Assembly: GCF_000008385.1 (NCBI RefSeq)
Contig: NC_006833.1
Coordinates: 870,001-902,000 of the forward strand
Length of the DNA stretch: 32,000 bases
Reading direction: 5' to 3'
Origin: Wolbachia endosymbiont strain TRS of Brugia malayi
GTDB taxonomy: Bacteria > Pseudomonadota > Alphaproteobacteria > Rickettsiales > Anaplasmataceae
In this document: positions 19,030 to 29,549 of the stretch, piece by piece
Layout of the letters: every line of letters starts with the position of its first letter
How positions within the stretch are numbered: position 1 is the stretch's first letter
Translations under genes and position numbers: made by a program
The notes under the pieces: model-generated
Databases searched by the model: none
Seen by the model: the letters and a program-made list of their open reading frames with translations, nothing else
Told to the model about the DNA's origin: nothing

Positions 19030-19832
19030 CCTCACACAAAATCTCACTTACTTTTTGCTCCACGTCTTTAGGACTGACCTTATCACCTATATGCAATCCA
19101 ATGCTATTTTTCTAATAATTTCCAATCAAACAACTTATGTGGATCAGGCTTACGCACCCACGTAGACCTCAATAGCTGAGTTATATACTATAGTGCCTAT
19201 TTCAGCGTGATTAAATACCATATCTTTCTTAATCTTAAAGCGTTTCATAAGGTATAAAATCAGACCTTTGACAGATTTTATTTATTCTCCTGGGAAAGGT
19301 TCAAGTCCTGTGTTCACAATTTCTATGCCTATAGAACAATCATTCAGCTTCTGTAGTTCTTTAATCACACTATCTACTTGAACTCTTGCACAACTGATAC
19401 CAGCATGCCATGCCCTTTTTTCTAATGGAACCATCAAAATAATGCTACCATTTCTATTAACAATAAGCTGCACTGATATTCTTCTGAAATTTAACGCATC
19501 TTTTGTGCTTTTTAATGTCGGGATTCGATATGGTGCACTATCACCATCAATATCTTTCTGTCACTCTACCATCATAATTTAAATTTGGTGCAGGGTCTAA
19601 AAATAGCAGACTTTTTAAGGATGATAGATTTTTTTTAATCTTGAAAATCTTCCTCAATGCTATTTGAATAAAATTGTTGCTCAGATACAGTAAGCATTGA
19701 AGTCACAACAAGCAACAAAAGCACAGAGGCAAACAGAGCTGATAGATATTTCTTACTATAAACTTCATGCAGTTCTAACATCCCACAAATCGCAGAAACT
19801 ATCTGTAATATAACTAAATTAATACAGTACAT
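19030..19832 (-). pseudogene. N-acetylmuramoyl-L-alanine amidase (Amidase_2, AmpD/AmiD-like) remnant
   Basis: Amidase_2 blocks are scattered over three frames. MVIVHHIESRH* is of the IxIHHT type. ISVQLIVNRNGSIILMVPLEKRAWHAGIS...LNDCSIGIEIVNTGLEPFPGE* follows. Then come IKSVKGLILYLMKRFKIKKDMVFNHAEIG and RKPDPHKLFDWKLLEK* (RKxDPG type). The 65-aa ORF at 19635..19832 looks like the ancestral signal anchor (KKYLSALFASVLLLLVVTSMLTV). Confidence 0.75.
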
Positions 19833-20023
19833 ATAAAATGATATTTATTTAACTTTTTTCTAGCCAGTGTGCCTATCAAGGTTTGCTGCAGCTACAATTA
19901 GTACTTTTATCATTACATTTTGATGTTAAATCAGGATAGAACGTAAGAATAGCACTATTCTTTCTCACAAATACTGATTGATAACTATAATCTTCCATTT
20001 TATATAGCACATTCCATCTTTTT

Positions 20024-20676
20024 CTAATTTCTCACAAACGCTTTGGTTGTAGAATCTAAGATATCATCAGCATGAGGGTTATATGCATGCTCATCTGGGC
20101 ACTTAATTTTCACTTTTCCATCCTTACCTAAATATTTTACTTCAAGCATACAAGCCAGCGATTTGGTATCCAATTTATTGCACTGGAATTTATTGTTCCA
20201 GATTGCACTTGCCCATTTATCTTCTTGAGCCTCAACCATACCTACTCCAAAATCATACCACCTAATCCTATTTCATCTGGCTCACCATAAAAAATATGCC
20301 CAAATCCTATAGTTTCTTTTTTAATTCCACTATTTGTGAACTAAATCTTAGTTAGTTTATCCTTAAATAACTTTAAATCTGCATCCGGTGTAATCACCCG
20401 ATGATTAAGCTTATCATATATTTTTTCCACTAATTCTTAATGCTGTGAACAATCAAGCAAAATTCTGAAATCCTCCTTACCAGGATGCGACCCCAATCAC
20501 GCAAACTCTTAACATTTCTCTATCAAAATCAGTCAGCTCTGGAAGCGACGGGATATAGTTTGGACCTGAAGAATCTATTTCGAAAAAATGGTTCAAAGTT
20601 AGTTCGTGAATTTGCACCACTAAAACAATGACCCTTAATATAAAAAAGAAATCCTATTATCGGTATTATTAAGCAT
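20024..20676 (-). pseudogene. Decayed gene remnant, probably for an exported protein, function unknown
   Basis: ATG near 20676 is followed by a hydrophobic N-terminus (IIPIIGFLFYI). Protein-like pieces then appear in shifting frames: NHFFEIDSSGPNYIPSLPELTDFDREMLRVCVIG, DKLNHRVITPDADLKLFKDKLTKI*, GIKKETIGFGHIFYGEPDEIGLGGMILE*, and the 71-aa ORF at 20024..20239. I can assign no family. Confidence 0.45.
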
Positions 20677-20763
20677 AAAACTAGTTTATCTCTCTTTAAC
20701 ACAACTGCAATACAACTCCATAAAAAAGTTAGGGTACAAGCAACAATTTAAATTAAAAAAGCT

Positions 20764-21963
20764 TTAATTTAACATAGATTGCAGCGCAGCAATCCCTGGC
20801 ATCTTGTCACCGCTAAGCCAACTCAAAAATGCCCCTCCACCAGTTGAAACATATGTAAAATCTTTATCAGTAAGACCTGCAGCATTTATTGCAGATAAAC
20901 TATCCCCTCCTCCTATTACGCTGGTCAATTTTCCTTTATGTGTTGAGTCACTTACGACTTTCATCACCTCTATTGTACCATTTGCAAAAGCTGAATGTTC
21001 AAAAACACCAATAGGTCCATTCCATAGTAGAGCCTTACTGCTTGCTACTATACTACTTATTGTGCTTAAAGTTTGAGGTCCTATATCTAAAATCACATCA
21101 TTATCCAAAACAGATTCAGTTTTTCTTAAAATGCAAGTGCTATAATCAGAGTTTACTGCAATCAGAACATCTTCAGGTATAACTATTTTGCAATTGTTTT
21201 TATCTGCTATTTTAACAACATCATGCAGAAGACTATCAACGCCATTTTGAAAGAAAGATTTGCCTATATTAACTTTATTAAATAATAAAAAATTGTTAGC
21301 AATTGCACCACCGAGGACTAGATAATCGACCTTTTCTGCTAATCTTATAAGCATTTTTATTTTAGTTGATATTTTAGCCCCTCCAACTATTGCAGTAATA
21401 GGTTTAGCCTCAAATGATACAGCCTTCTCAAGATATCTTAGTTCATCTTGTAAGCAAAATCCTGCATAGGAAGGCAAAAATTCTGTAATGCGTGAAATAG
21501 AAGCGTGAGCTCTGTGAGAGCAAGAAAATGCATCATTAACATATACATCCGCTAGAGATGCCAATTGTTTGGCAAAATTTGCGTCATTTTGCTCTTCTTC
21601 CTTATAAAATCTCAGATTTTCTAGTAATATTACATCTCTTATAGCTATCGCATTCACTACTTTTTGTACTTTTTTACCAATACAATCATCAACAAATTTT
21701 ACCTCTTTATTTAATAGCTGTGATAAAGTTTTAACCACATTTTTTAGTGAAAGATTATTGTCTTTGGCCCTTGGGCGTCCAAAGTGTGATATAATAATAA
21801 CCTTTGCACCTGCATTTACCAAATGCCGAATAGTAGGTAATGACCTCAAAACACGAGTAGCATCGTGCACTTTCCCATTCTTTATAGGAATATTGAAGTC
21901 AACTCTAAGTAAGACAGCTTTACCGTGAAGATCACAATTTTCTATATTAGGTATATTCATCAT
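20764..21963 (-). CDS. pgk: Phosphoglycerate kinase
   Basis: 399-aa ORF, colinear with Pgk. Blocks include RVDFNIP, ISHFGRP, the AIVGGAKISTKI-type nucleotide site, and the C-terminal STGGGAFLSWLSG. Confidence 0.96.
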   Translation of the reverse strand: MMNIPNIENCDLHGKAVLLRVDFNIPIKNGKVHDATRVLRSLPTIRHLVNAGAKVIIISHFGRPRAKDNNLSLKNVVKTLSQLLNKEVKFVDDCIGKKVQKVVNAIAIRDVILLENLRFYKEEEQNDANFAKQLASLADVYVNDAFSCSHRAHASISRITEFLPSYAGFCLQDELRYLEKAVSFEAKPITAIVGGAKISTKIKMLIRLAEKVDYLVLGGAIANNFLLFNKVNIGKSFFQNGVDSLLHDVVKIADKNNCKIVIPEDVLIAVNSDYSTCILRKTESVLDNDVILDIGPQTLSTISSIVASSKALLWNGPIGVFEHSAFANGTIEVMKVVSDSTHKGKLTSVIGGGDSLSAINAAGLTDKDFTYVSTGGGAFLSWLSGDKMPGIAALQSMLN

Positions 21964-22001
21964 AAAATTAAAGCTATAAAGCCACTATGCAGCAGTTTGA
22001 C

Positions 22002-23021
22002 CTAAAGTAAATCGCTTTTTTTTCCACGTACTACCTTTGAAGTTGAATATTGAAAATTAACCGGAGAATTGTGGATCACTTTATATATGTCATAACAAGC
22101 CATGGTACTCTCGGCAAAACCATTTAATATCAACTTTAGTTTGCCCAAATAAGCAGCTACATCTCCAATTGCATATATCCTATCTCTACTAGTTCTAAGT
22201 GTAGCTTGGTCAACAACTACGCGGCTACGTTCTAACTGTATATCCCAACTGCCTATTGGACCCAAATCCATTGATAGTCCAAAAAACGGCAGTAAGAAAT
22301 CAGCGGATATTTTTTTTTCTTCCTTAGAGGTAATATTTTTTATTATCACCGCACTCAACTGCCCATCGTTTCCCGTTAGCTTGTGTAGTTGATATGGCAC
22401 TACAAGTTCTATCCTTCCGCTACTTTCAAGTAATTTTAATTTATTTCTCGTTTCAGAAACGCAACGAAATTCTTTTCTTCGATGTATCACATAAATTTTC
22501 TTTGCAACTTTAGAGAGTTCTACGGTCCAATCAGCTGCAGAATCGCCTCCTCCTGCAATCACTATGATTTTGTCCTGAAAATCAGAAATTTTATTCACGT
22601 TATAAAATACGGATTTATTTTCATATTCTAATATACCACTAAGGGGTGGACGGTTAGGTTCAAATATTCCATTGCCTGCAGCAATGATAATAGCCTTGCA
22701 TTTCACCTTCGTACCTGCGCTCGTTACTACAATAAAACTTTGACTGTCATTATTCGCAATTTCTTCCACTCTTTGACTTAAATGGTAAACAGGCTCAAAT
22801 GGTGAAGCCTGTTCCATTAACTGCTCAATTAATTTTTGAGCAGTAATTACGGGATAGCCAGGTATATCGTATATTGGTTTTTCTGGGTAAAGAGCAGTGC
22901 ATTGTCCTCCCGCTTGATCTAAAACATCTATTATATGACATCTCATATCAAGCATTCCTGCTTGAAAAGCGGTGAATATTCCAACAGGTCCTGCACCTAT
23001 TACTACTATATCAGTTTCCAT
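22002..23021 (-). CDS. Ferredoxin--NADP(+) reductase, thioredoxin-reductase-like type
   Basis: 339-aa ORF. It has the N-terminal FAD fold IVVIGAGPVGIF, the GGQCTALYPEKPIYDIPGYP block typical of YumC-type FNR, and a second GGGDSAADW fold. It lacks the TrxB CxxC redox motif. Confidence 0.88.
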   Translation of the reverse strand: METDIVVIGAGPVGIFTAFQAGMLDMRCHIIDVLDQAGGQCTALYPEKPIYDIPGYPVITAQKLIEQLMEQASPFEPVYHLSQRVEEIANNDSQSFIVVTSAGTKVKCKAIIIAAGNGIFEPNRPPLSGILEYENKSVFYNVNKISDFQDKIIVIAGGGDSAADWTVELSKVAKKIYVIHRRKEFRCVSETRNKLKLLESSGRIELVVPYQLHKLTGNDGQLSAVIIKNITSKEEKKISADFLLPFFGLSMDLGPIGSWDIQLERSRVVVDQATLRTSRDRIYAIGDVAAYLGKLKLILNGFAESTMACYDIYKVIHNSPVNFQYSTSKVVRGKKSDLL

Positions 23022-23115
23022 ATTCAGGTGGTAATTTACTTAGATATTAGTTGACTTTGTTAATAAGGTCAATTAGTCAAACTACAAAAACGATGCCATG
23101 AATTAAATGGCAAAA

Positions 23116-23440
23116 TTACTTGACACATTTTGCTAGACCTCTTACCATAGTACTGAAGATATTAGTTACTTTCAATTTATGCAGATTAAACAACAAGATT
23201 ATTAACGTAGTTGGCACCTTATATTTAATTTTTTGCACTATGTGTACCTTATGTCTTCACAAGATTTCTAGGGTTTTTATCTATATGAGCTGAAACGCGC
23301 TTATAAAGCATTTAAGATAGTATAGCACACCAATTTGCAGGATTAGAGAGTAAGCAACTTCTACCACAGAGTCCCTTTCACCTTTTTTTCCATTTGGTAA
23401 GCTTCTTAAATATTTATAGCTCAAGGTTAGTTGCAACTAT
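23116..23440. repeat. Dispersed non-coding repeat, family 2, copy B
   Basis: Colinear with 8966..9334 and shares the blocks listed for copy A. It lies about 95 bp upstream of the FNR start codon. A third short piece, TTTTTGCCTTTTCTCACTTAGCAAATTCCTTTGATTATTTA at about 23893-23937, resembles the 3' part of the family (9264-9310). Confidence 0.7.
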
Positions 23441-23932
23441 GAAGCAAAATGTAATCCAGGCTTTTTTAAGCCGTAGAAACAGAGCTATAAAAAAATTACT
23501 TCTGCATACTTCAAACCTCATTATAATGATAGCAGAGGTATTTAGAGAGCTTAAAATATACCTCGGCCTACAGATAAAACAACAAAATTCAGTAAAAAGT
23601 GTAATGTATCCTCTTTAGGATATACAGATGCACATGGTCATATGTATGCTGCATTTTTCCTAAATCTCAGATGCCTATAGCTGTGTTGTTCTCTACGCTG
23701 TGTAGCTTATCGCCCTTATGGTAGTAATAACATATTACCAACTTCACGTGTGAAAAGGTTTTTCATAGTAACAGTAGCAGCATAACATCTGACACTTGAC
23801 TTTTATTCTTAAGTCAAAAAGCTAACTAGTATATCTATGATTTTTAACATTAGATTGTAAAATAGCAAAGCTTCATATGCTTTAGGTTAATATGTTTTTG
23901 CCTTTTCTCACTTAGCAAATTCCTTTGATTAT

Positions 23933-24577
23933 TTACTGTTTTGTACTCCAGTCTTTTTCAAATATTGCAAGCCCCCGGTCGGTAAGTGGATGGTTAAGTA
24001 ATTGTCTAAGCACTTTTGCTGGCACAGTAATTGAATTAGCACCAAGCCTTGCAGCTTCTATTACATGTGTTGGACTCCTTACCGATGCAACGAGAATTTT
24101 AGTATCAAATCCATAATTAGAATATATAGTGCATATATCTTCTATTAGCAACAAGCCATCATAGCTTATATCATCAAGGCGACCAACAAAGGGAGAAATA
24201 AAACAAGCACCGGCCTTAGCGGCAAGCAGTGCTTGTCCAGGAGAAAAACATAATGTTATATTAGCAGGTATTTTATGTTCTGTCCACAACTTTTTACAAG
24301 AAATTAATCCTTCATATGTAAGAGGCAATTTTACTACAATATTACTAGCAATTTTTGTTAACTTAAGGCCTTCTTTAACCATATCTTCATGGTTACTTGC
24401 AACAACTTCAACACTAACAGGCCCTGTTACAATAGAGCATATCTCACTTATTAAACCCTCGTATTTATCTTTACGCCCAGATTTTGCTATTAAAGAAGGA
24501 TTGGTTGTTATACCATCAATGAACTCTTTCAGTTCTTCAATTTCATTTAAATCAACGCTATCAAGAAAAATTTCCAT
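23933..24577 (-). CDS. tal: Transaldolase family protein (short Tal / fructose-6-phosphate aldolase type)
   Basis: 214-aa ORF. It has MEIFLDSVDLNEIEELKEF..ITTNPSLIAK and the Schiff-base lysine context NIVVKLPLTYEGL. The length is typical of type 3B transaldolases. Confidence 0.92.
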   Translation of the reverse strand: MEIFLDSVDLNEIEELKEFIDGITTNPSLIAKSGRKDKYEGLISEICSIVTGPVSVEVVASNHEDMVKEGLKLTKIASNIVVKLPLTYEGLISCKKLWTEHKIPANITLCFSPGQALLAAKAGACFISPFVGRLDDISYDGLLLIEDICTIYSNYGFDTKILVASVRSPTHVIEAARLGANSITVPAKVLRQLLNHPLTDRGLAIFEKDWSTKQ

Positions 24578-24687
24578 ATTAACCTTCCACGAAAAAAAAT
24601 ATCCCTGTAGAATCTTGCCATCCTACTGCCTGACTTATAACCGTGTGAACTTCCTGAGTTATGGTAGAATAAGACACCAATTTGCTG

Positions 24688-25275
24688 ATGTCACCCAAGC
24701 ATAACTGTACAAACATCAAGTAAGAGTAATTTGTACCAAGAAGAAAGATGTTATCCAAGTAGCTTAACACATAACTGTACGAACATTGTATTTTGAGAGC
24801 AATCCCTACCAGAATGATTTCATGCCAGTGCTCGGACACGCAGCTGTAAGAACTTTCTATGTTGTAGTAGGGTAAATACAAGATATCAAATACTGCTATC
24901 ACCCCAGTGCTTGACACTAAGATCCAGGAATTCTGGTTGTAAGTAAGCACACCGAGTTGATAAGCATAAAAGCAAGCTGGTTTTACTTGAAATAAACATT
25001 TTCGATGAGACTGCATGGAAAGCTGGATCTTAGTGTTATACACTTGGATAACAAGGAAGGAGCACTGGGATAATACCCCATCGGTAGGTCTAAATCGCAA
25101 TGCTTGTACAGTTGTATGTCTGAGTACTAGGATGATATCATTCTTTTTCCTAAATCCTAGTGTCATACACTTAAATAACAAGGAATGGGCGCTGAGATGA
25201 CACCCTCCTGGTAAACTCAAACCACAGTGTTCATACAGTTGTGTTTCTGGGCACTGGGATAACAAAAAAAGAGCA
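24688..25275. repeat. Nested array of family 1 hairpin repeats in inverted arrangement
   Basis: Left arm: direct units carrying ATAACTGTAC(A/G)AACAT at 24701-24716 and 24771-24786. Right arm: two ~128-bp tandem units (25024-25151 and 25152-25275) carrying the reverse-complement motif (C/T)TTGTACAGTTGT / TTCATACAGTTGT at 25103-25115 and 25229-25242. CCAGTG...CACTGG-type hairpin halves lie at 24825, 24903-24925, 25024-25047, 25061-25072, 25153-25180 and 25249-25262. Confidence 0.8.
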
Positions 25276-25332
25276 CCATGAGCAAAAACCTTACAGCTGC
25301 TTGAATGATAATCGACTTTTTGCTTAAAATAG

Positions 25333-25668
25333 CTAAGAAAGAAATTTACCATTAAGATAACTTAAATACATACTAATTCTCTTATTTTTAAGTAGCTCTT
25401 CATCATGAATCACATGATCAAAAATCTGAACTTGATTTGTCATAATGTTACAACTATTACCTGCAACTTCCAATATTCCATTATCAATCACAACCTTCTT
25501 CTCCTTCTGGATAACAGTTTTAACAGTAATTACACTAGGTAATAAATAAATTAAGTAAGGAGAATGGTGAGCTAAAACCACCAGCTCCCCTTCTAGCCCA
25601 TTTACCGAAAGAGACACTACCCTCTTGAATGAAATCTGATTATCAGGAGAGAAAAATTGTACTTTCAT
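25333..25668 (-). CDS. atpC: F0F1 ATP synthase subunit epsilon
   Basis: 111-aa ORF, 5 nt downstream of atpD. It has the N-terminal beta-sandwich pattern of the epsilon subunit (VSLSVNGLEGELVVLAHHSPYL). Confidence 0.88.
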   Translation of the reverse strand: MKVQFFSPDNQISFKRVVSLSVNGLEGELVVLAHHSPYLIYLLPSVITVKTVIQKEKKVVIDNGILEVAGNSCNIMTNQVQIFDHVIHDEELLKNKRISMYLSYLNGKFLS

Positions 25669-25673
25669 AACTC

Positions 25674-27146
<1,473 letters not shown>

Positions 27147-27223
27147 TTAACAAAAAAAGCCCCTAAAGAACTCTGAAAAAAATAAATTTTATATTATAAA
27201 TAGAAATTTTGCAACAACATTTG

Positions 27224-28321
27224 CTAATTACGCTTTATTATAAACAATGCAAAAGCATTCAATAACCAAGTAATAATAAATAGTACTAAACTAAGCACAT
27301 AAGCAGCAAGAGTTTGTATGCTATTGAAATCCTGATCCCCGGTAAGTAATGTAGCGATTTGTACAGTAATGGTAGTAACTGAATTAAGAGGATTGAAAGT
27401 CAAGTTCGAGTTGATTCCCACAGCCATCAGTACTATCATTGTTTCGCCTATTACTCTTGAAATTGATAATAAAATTGCACTTAAAATTGTAGGCATTGCA
27501 TAAGGTATTGTTATGTGCCATATAGTTTCTGCTGGAGTTGCCCCCAACGCCATAAAGCCATAACGCAAGCTTTTTGGCACAGACCTGATCGCATCCTCTA
27601 ATAAAGAAATAATAAAAGGTAGAATCATTATCCCTATCGATAAACCAGCAACTAAGGCACTCTCTGAGTGTATATTTAACCCAAAAAAACTTGCTATCTG
27701 CTTTACAAAGGAAGATAAAAATACAACCGAGAAATATCCATATACAACCGTAGGAATAGCAGACAAAACTTGCAACGTTGTATTAACAATGTAACGTACT
27801 TTCTCACTTGCATATTCACTAATATATATCGCAGAAAATAAACCTAGCGGAACAGCAACTAGCATTGCTACAATAGTTATAACTAATGTACCAACCAAAA
27901 GCGGAGTTATACCGAAACACCTTACCTTTTCTTCATTGATAGTTAGTACACTGTGGCCCCATTTTAAGCAAAACAAGAATTCTGAAATAGATACCTTTTT
28001 AAAAAATTCAATAGACTGAGTAAGAATAGATAGCATTATAAATAAAGTGATAAAAAACGATATGGCTAGAGCCACAAATAATGAAAATTTGATTACCTTA
28101 CTTCTTCTACTCTTAAAAATAAAAGCAAACATGAAAAAAAGGAATGCTATGGAAACAGAAGTTATAAAGTAATCGTCACAGAGTATTAACGACCAAGTTA
28201 ACATCCATACACAACTAAGGCATAAATAAATTTTAACCTTGTCCATCCGCTGAAACTTGCTGAAGGAAAATAAAAGAATCAGTAGTACAGGTATGAAAAG
28301 GATCATTGTCAATGAATTCAT
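27224..28321 (-). CDS. pstC: Phosphate ABC transporter permease PstC
   Basis: 365-aa polytopic ORF. The PstC-type blocks are FGITPLLVGTL..AVPLGLFSAIYISEYA and the EAA loop LLEDAIRSVPKSLRYGFMALGATPAETI. No pstS, pstA or pstB gene is adjacent. Confidence 0.85.
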   Translation of the reverse strand: MNSLTMILFIPVLLILLFSFSKFQRMDKVKIYLCLSCVWMLTWSLILCDDYFITSVSIAFLFFMFAFIFKSRRSKVIKFSLFVALAISFFITLFIMLSILTQSIEFFKKVSISEFLFCLKWGHSVLTINEEKVRCFGITPLLVGTLVITIVAMLVAVPLGLFSAIYISEYASEKVRYIVNTTLQVLSAIPTVVYGYFSVVFLSSFVKQIASFFGLNIHSESALVAGLSIGIMILPFIISLLEDAIRSVPKSLRYGFMALGATPAETIWHITIPYAMPTILSAILLSISRVIGETMIVLMAVGINSNLTFNPLNSVTTITVQIATLLTGDQDFNSIQTLAAYVLSLVLFIITWLLNAFALFIIKRN

Positions 28322-28396
28322 TTGCTCACATATCGAATCTTATTTTACGAGAATACAATTTTTAAGAGCATTCAATACATATAATGCAACCATCAT

Positions 28397-28424
28397 TTGA
28401 CAATAAAGTAAAACAATTTAAAAT
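28397..28424 (+). promoter_or_regulatory. Candidate sigma-70 promoter for rpmH-rnpA
   Basis: TTGACA (28397-28402), a 16-nt spacer, then TAAAAT (28419-28424), ending 24 nt upstream of the rpmH ATG. Chance matches are common in AT-rich DNA. Confidence 0.4.
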
Positions 28425-28447
28425 AGCTAATTGTATTTATAAAAACA

Positions 28448-28582
28448 ATGAAAAGAACATTTCAACCAAAAAATTTGATAAGAAAACGTAGGCACGGTTT
28501 TCGTTCGCGTATGGCAACAAGAGCTGGAAGGAAAATCCTCAATAGACGTCGTTCATTAGGGTGTAAAAAATTATGTGCATAA
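28448..28582 (+). CDS. rpmH: 50S ribosomal protein L34
   Basis: 44-aa ORF below the ORF-track cutoff: [44 protein letters not shown]. This is the canonical L34 sequence. Confidence 0.95.
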   Translation: MKRTFQPKNLIRKRRHGFRSRMATRAGRKILNRRRSLGCKKLCA

Positions 28583-28934
28583 TCAAGTTATCAAGCATAA
28601 AAAAAAAGATTTTTCACTTGCCTTTAAAAACAAACTAGCACTTAGTAATCTTTTTTACCGTGGGCTTTATATATCATTATATGCTATAAAAGAGAGAGCG
28701 CCTGAAAAGCATGTTGACATCATCAGGGTAGGTATTGTTATTAGTAAAAAAGCCGGAAAAGCAACAAAAAGAAACAAAATCAAAAGACGATTACGAGTAC
28801 TTGCTAGAACTAACATTTTAGATATAAGTAATATAGGGTACTACTACATAATATTAACTCATAAAAATATTATGCAAGCAAGTTATAAAAACTTACGGAA
28901 AGATATAACTATTTGCTTAAAAAAAATAAAATAA
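28575..28934 (+). CDS. rnpA: Ribonuclease P protein component
   Basis: 119-aa basic ORF with a GTG start that overlaps the rpmH end by 8 nt. It has the RNR-type motif [13 protein letters not shown] and the conserved rpmH-rnpA synteny. Confidence 0.85.
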   Translation: MHNQVIKHKKKDFSLAFKNKLALSNLFYRGLYISLYAIKERAPEKHVDIIRVGIVISKKAGKATKRNKIKRRLRVLARTNILDISNIGYYYIILTHKNIMQASYKNLRKDITICLKKIK

Positions 28935-29020
28935 GAAAAAATCTCAATTAAGGTATTTACAACTATATTATTTATGATAACATAGGTAAAATTTTTAAAA
29001 TTGATTAATAGGTGTGGTGA

Positions 29021-29299
29021 ATGATGGCGCACATAAAAGAGGCAAGTGATACAAACTTTAGTGAGATGTATGGATCTTTATTTCCCTCTAAAGAAAATGG
29101 AAAAGGAACATGGATAGATTGGAAGGCAGCATTCAAGCAACAAAAATTATTAGAGGCAGAAAGTAATGTAATGTTATTAGAAATCAGTTATTCTCTTTTA
29201 AAAGAAAATCAATTATATAAAGAAGAAGTAGGAACAAAGCTAGACAATATAATAAAAAACAATCAAGGAAATGTAAGAAAAGGCAGGCAAATTTGCTAA
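29021..29299 (+). CDS. Hypothetical small protein (orphan)
   Basis: 92-aa ORF with non-repetitive, protein-like composition. A purine-rich stretch (GGTGTGGTGA) precedes the ATG. I recognise no family, and coding status is unproven. Confidence 0.35.
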   Translation: MMAHIKEASDTNFSEMYGSLFPSKENGKGTWIDWKAAFKQQKLLEAESNVMLLEISYSLLKENQLYKEEVGTKLDNIIKNNQGNVRKGRQIC

Positions 29300-29373
29300 A
29301 AAGCAGAAATTAAAAAAACAAGGGAATTAAAATAAAAGTATGTTTATCACTTAATTAATAAAGAAATTTTTAT

Positions 29374-29484
29374 AAACTTGGCAGCGACCTACTCTCCCTT
29401 TTCAAGTACCATCAGCGCTAAAAAGTTTCACTTCCGAATTCGAGATGGGATCGGGTGTTTCATTTTTGCTAAAACCACCAAGTT
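29374..29484 (-). rRNA. rrf: 5S ribosomal RNA
   Basis: The minus strand reads AACTTGGTGG...CCCGATCCCATCTCGAATTCGGAAGTGAAAC...GGGAGAGTAGGTCGCTGCCAAGTTT (111 nt). It is colinear with bacterial 5S, and the termini pair to form helix I. Confidence 0.9.
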
Positions 29485-29549
29485 AATAAAAACCTCTAAT
29501 TCAATAAATTCACTTAATATTTAACACTGCATATTCACATATAGAAAAC

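Noticed and set aside
19635-19832. A 65-aa ORF considered as an independent small membrane protein.
   Set aside because: It lies directly upstream of, and on the same strand as, the Amidase_2 fragments, and it looks like a signal anchor. It is more simply explained as the detached N-terminus of that pseudogene.
23394-23618. A 74-aa plus-strand ORF upstream of the FNR gene.
   Set aside because: It starts inside repeat family 2 copy B. The ORF is not conserved in copy A, and there is no RBS or recognisable motif.
23022-23932. Looked for RNase P RNA, tmRNA, SRP RNA or additional tRNAs in the long non-coding gaps. The gap at 8842-9418 was searched as well.
   Set aside because: I found no GAGGAAAGTCC-type P4 motif, no GGTTCGA-type T-arm with a matching acceptor stem, and no SRP domain IV motif on either strand. 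The search was by eye only, so a covariance-model scan is still advisable.
24688-25275. Possible CRISPR array, because of regularly spaced repeats.
   Set aside because: The units are ~70-128 bp, imperfect, and arranged both tandemly and inverted. There is no short-repeat plus unique-spacer pattern, and there are no cas genes in the window.
24579-25352. A 257-aa minus-strand ORF spanning the whole atpC-tal gap.
   Set aside because: It is built entirely from the family 1 repeat units and overlaps the 3' end of atpC. Its sequence is Cys/Leu/Ser-rich and follows the repeat periodicity. It has no recognisable domain. I treat it as a repeat artefact.
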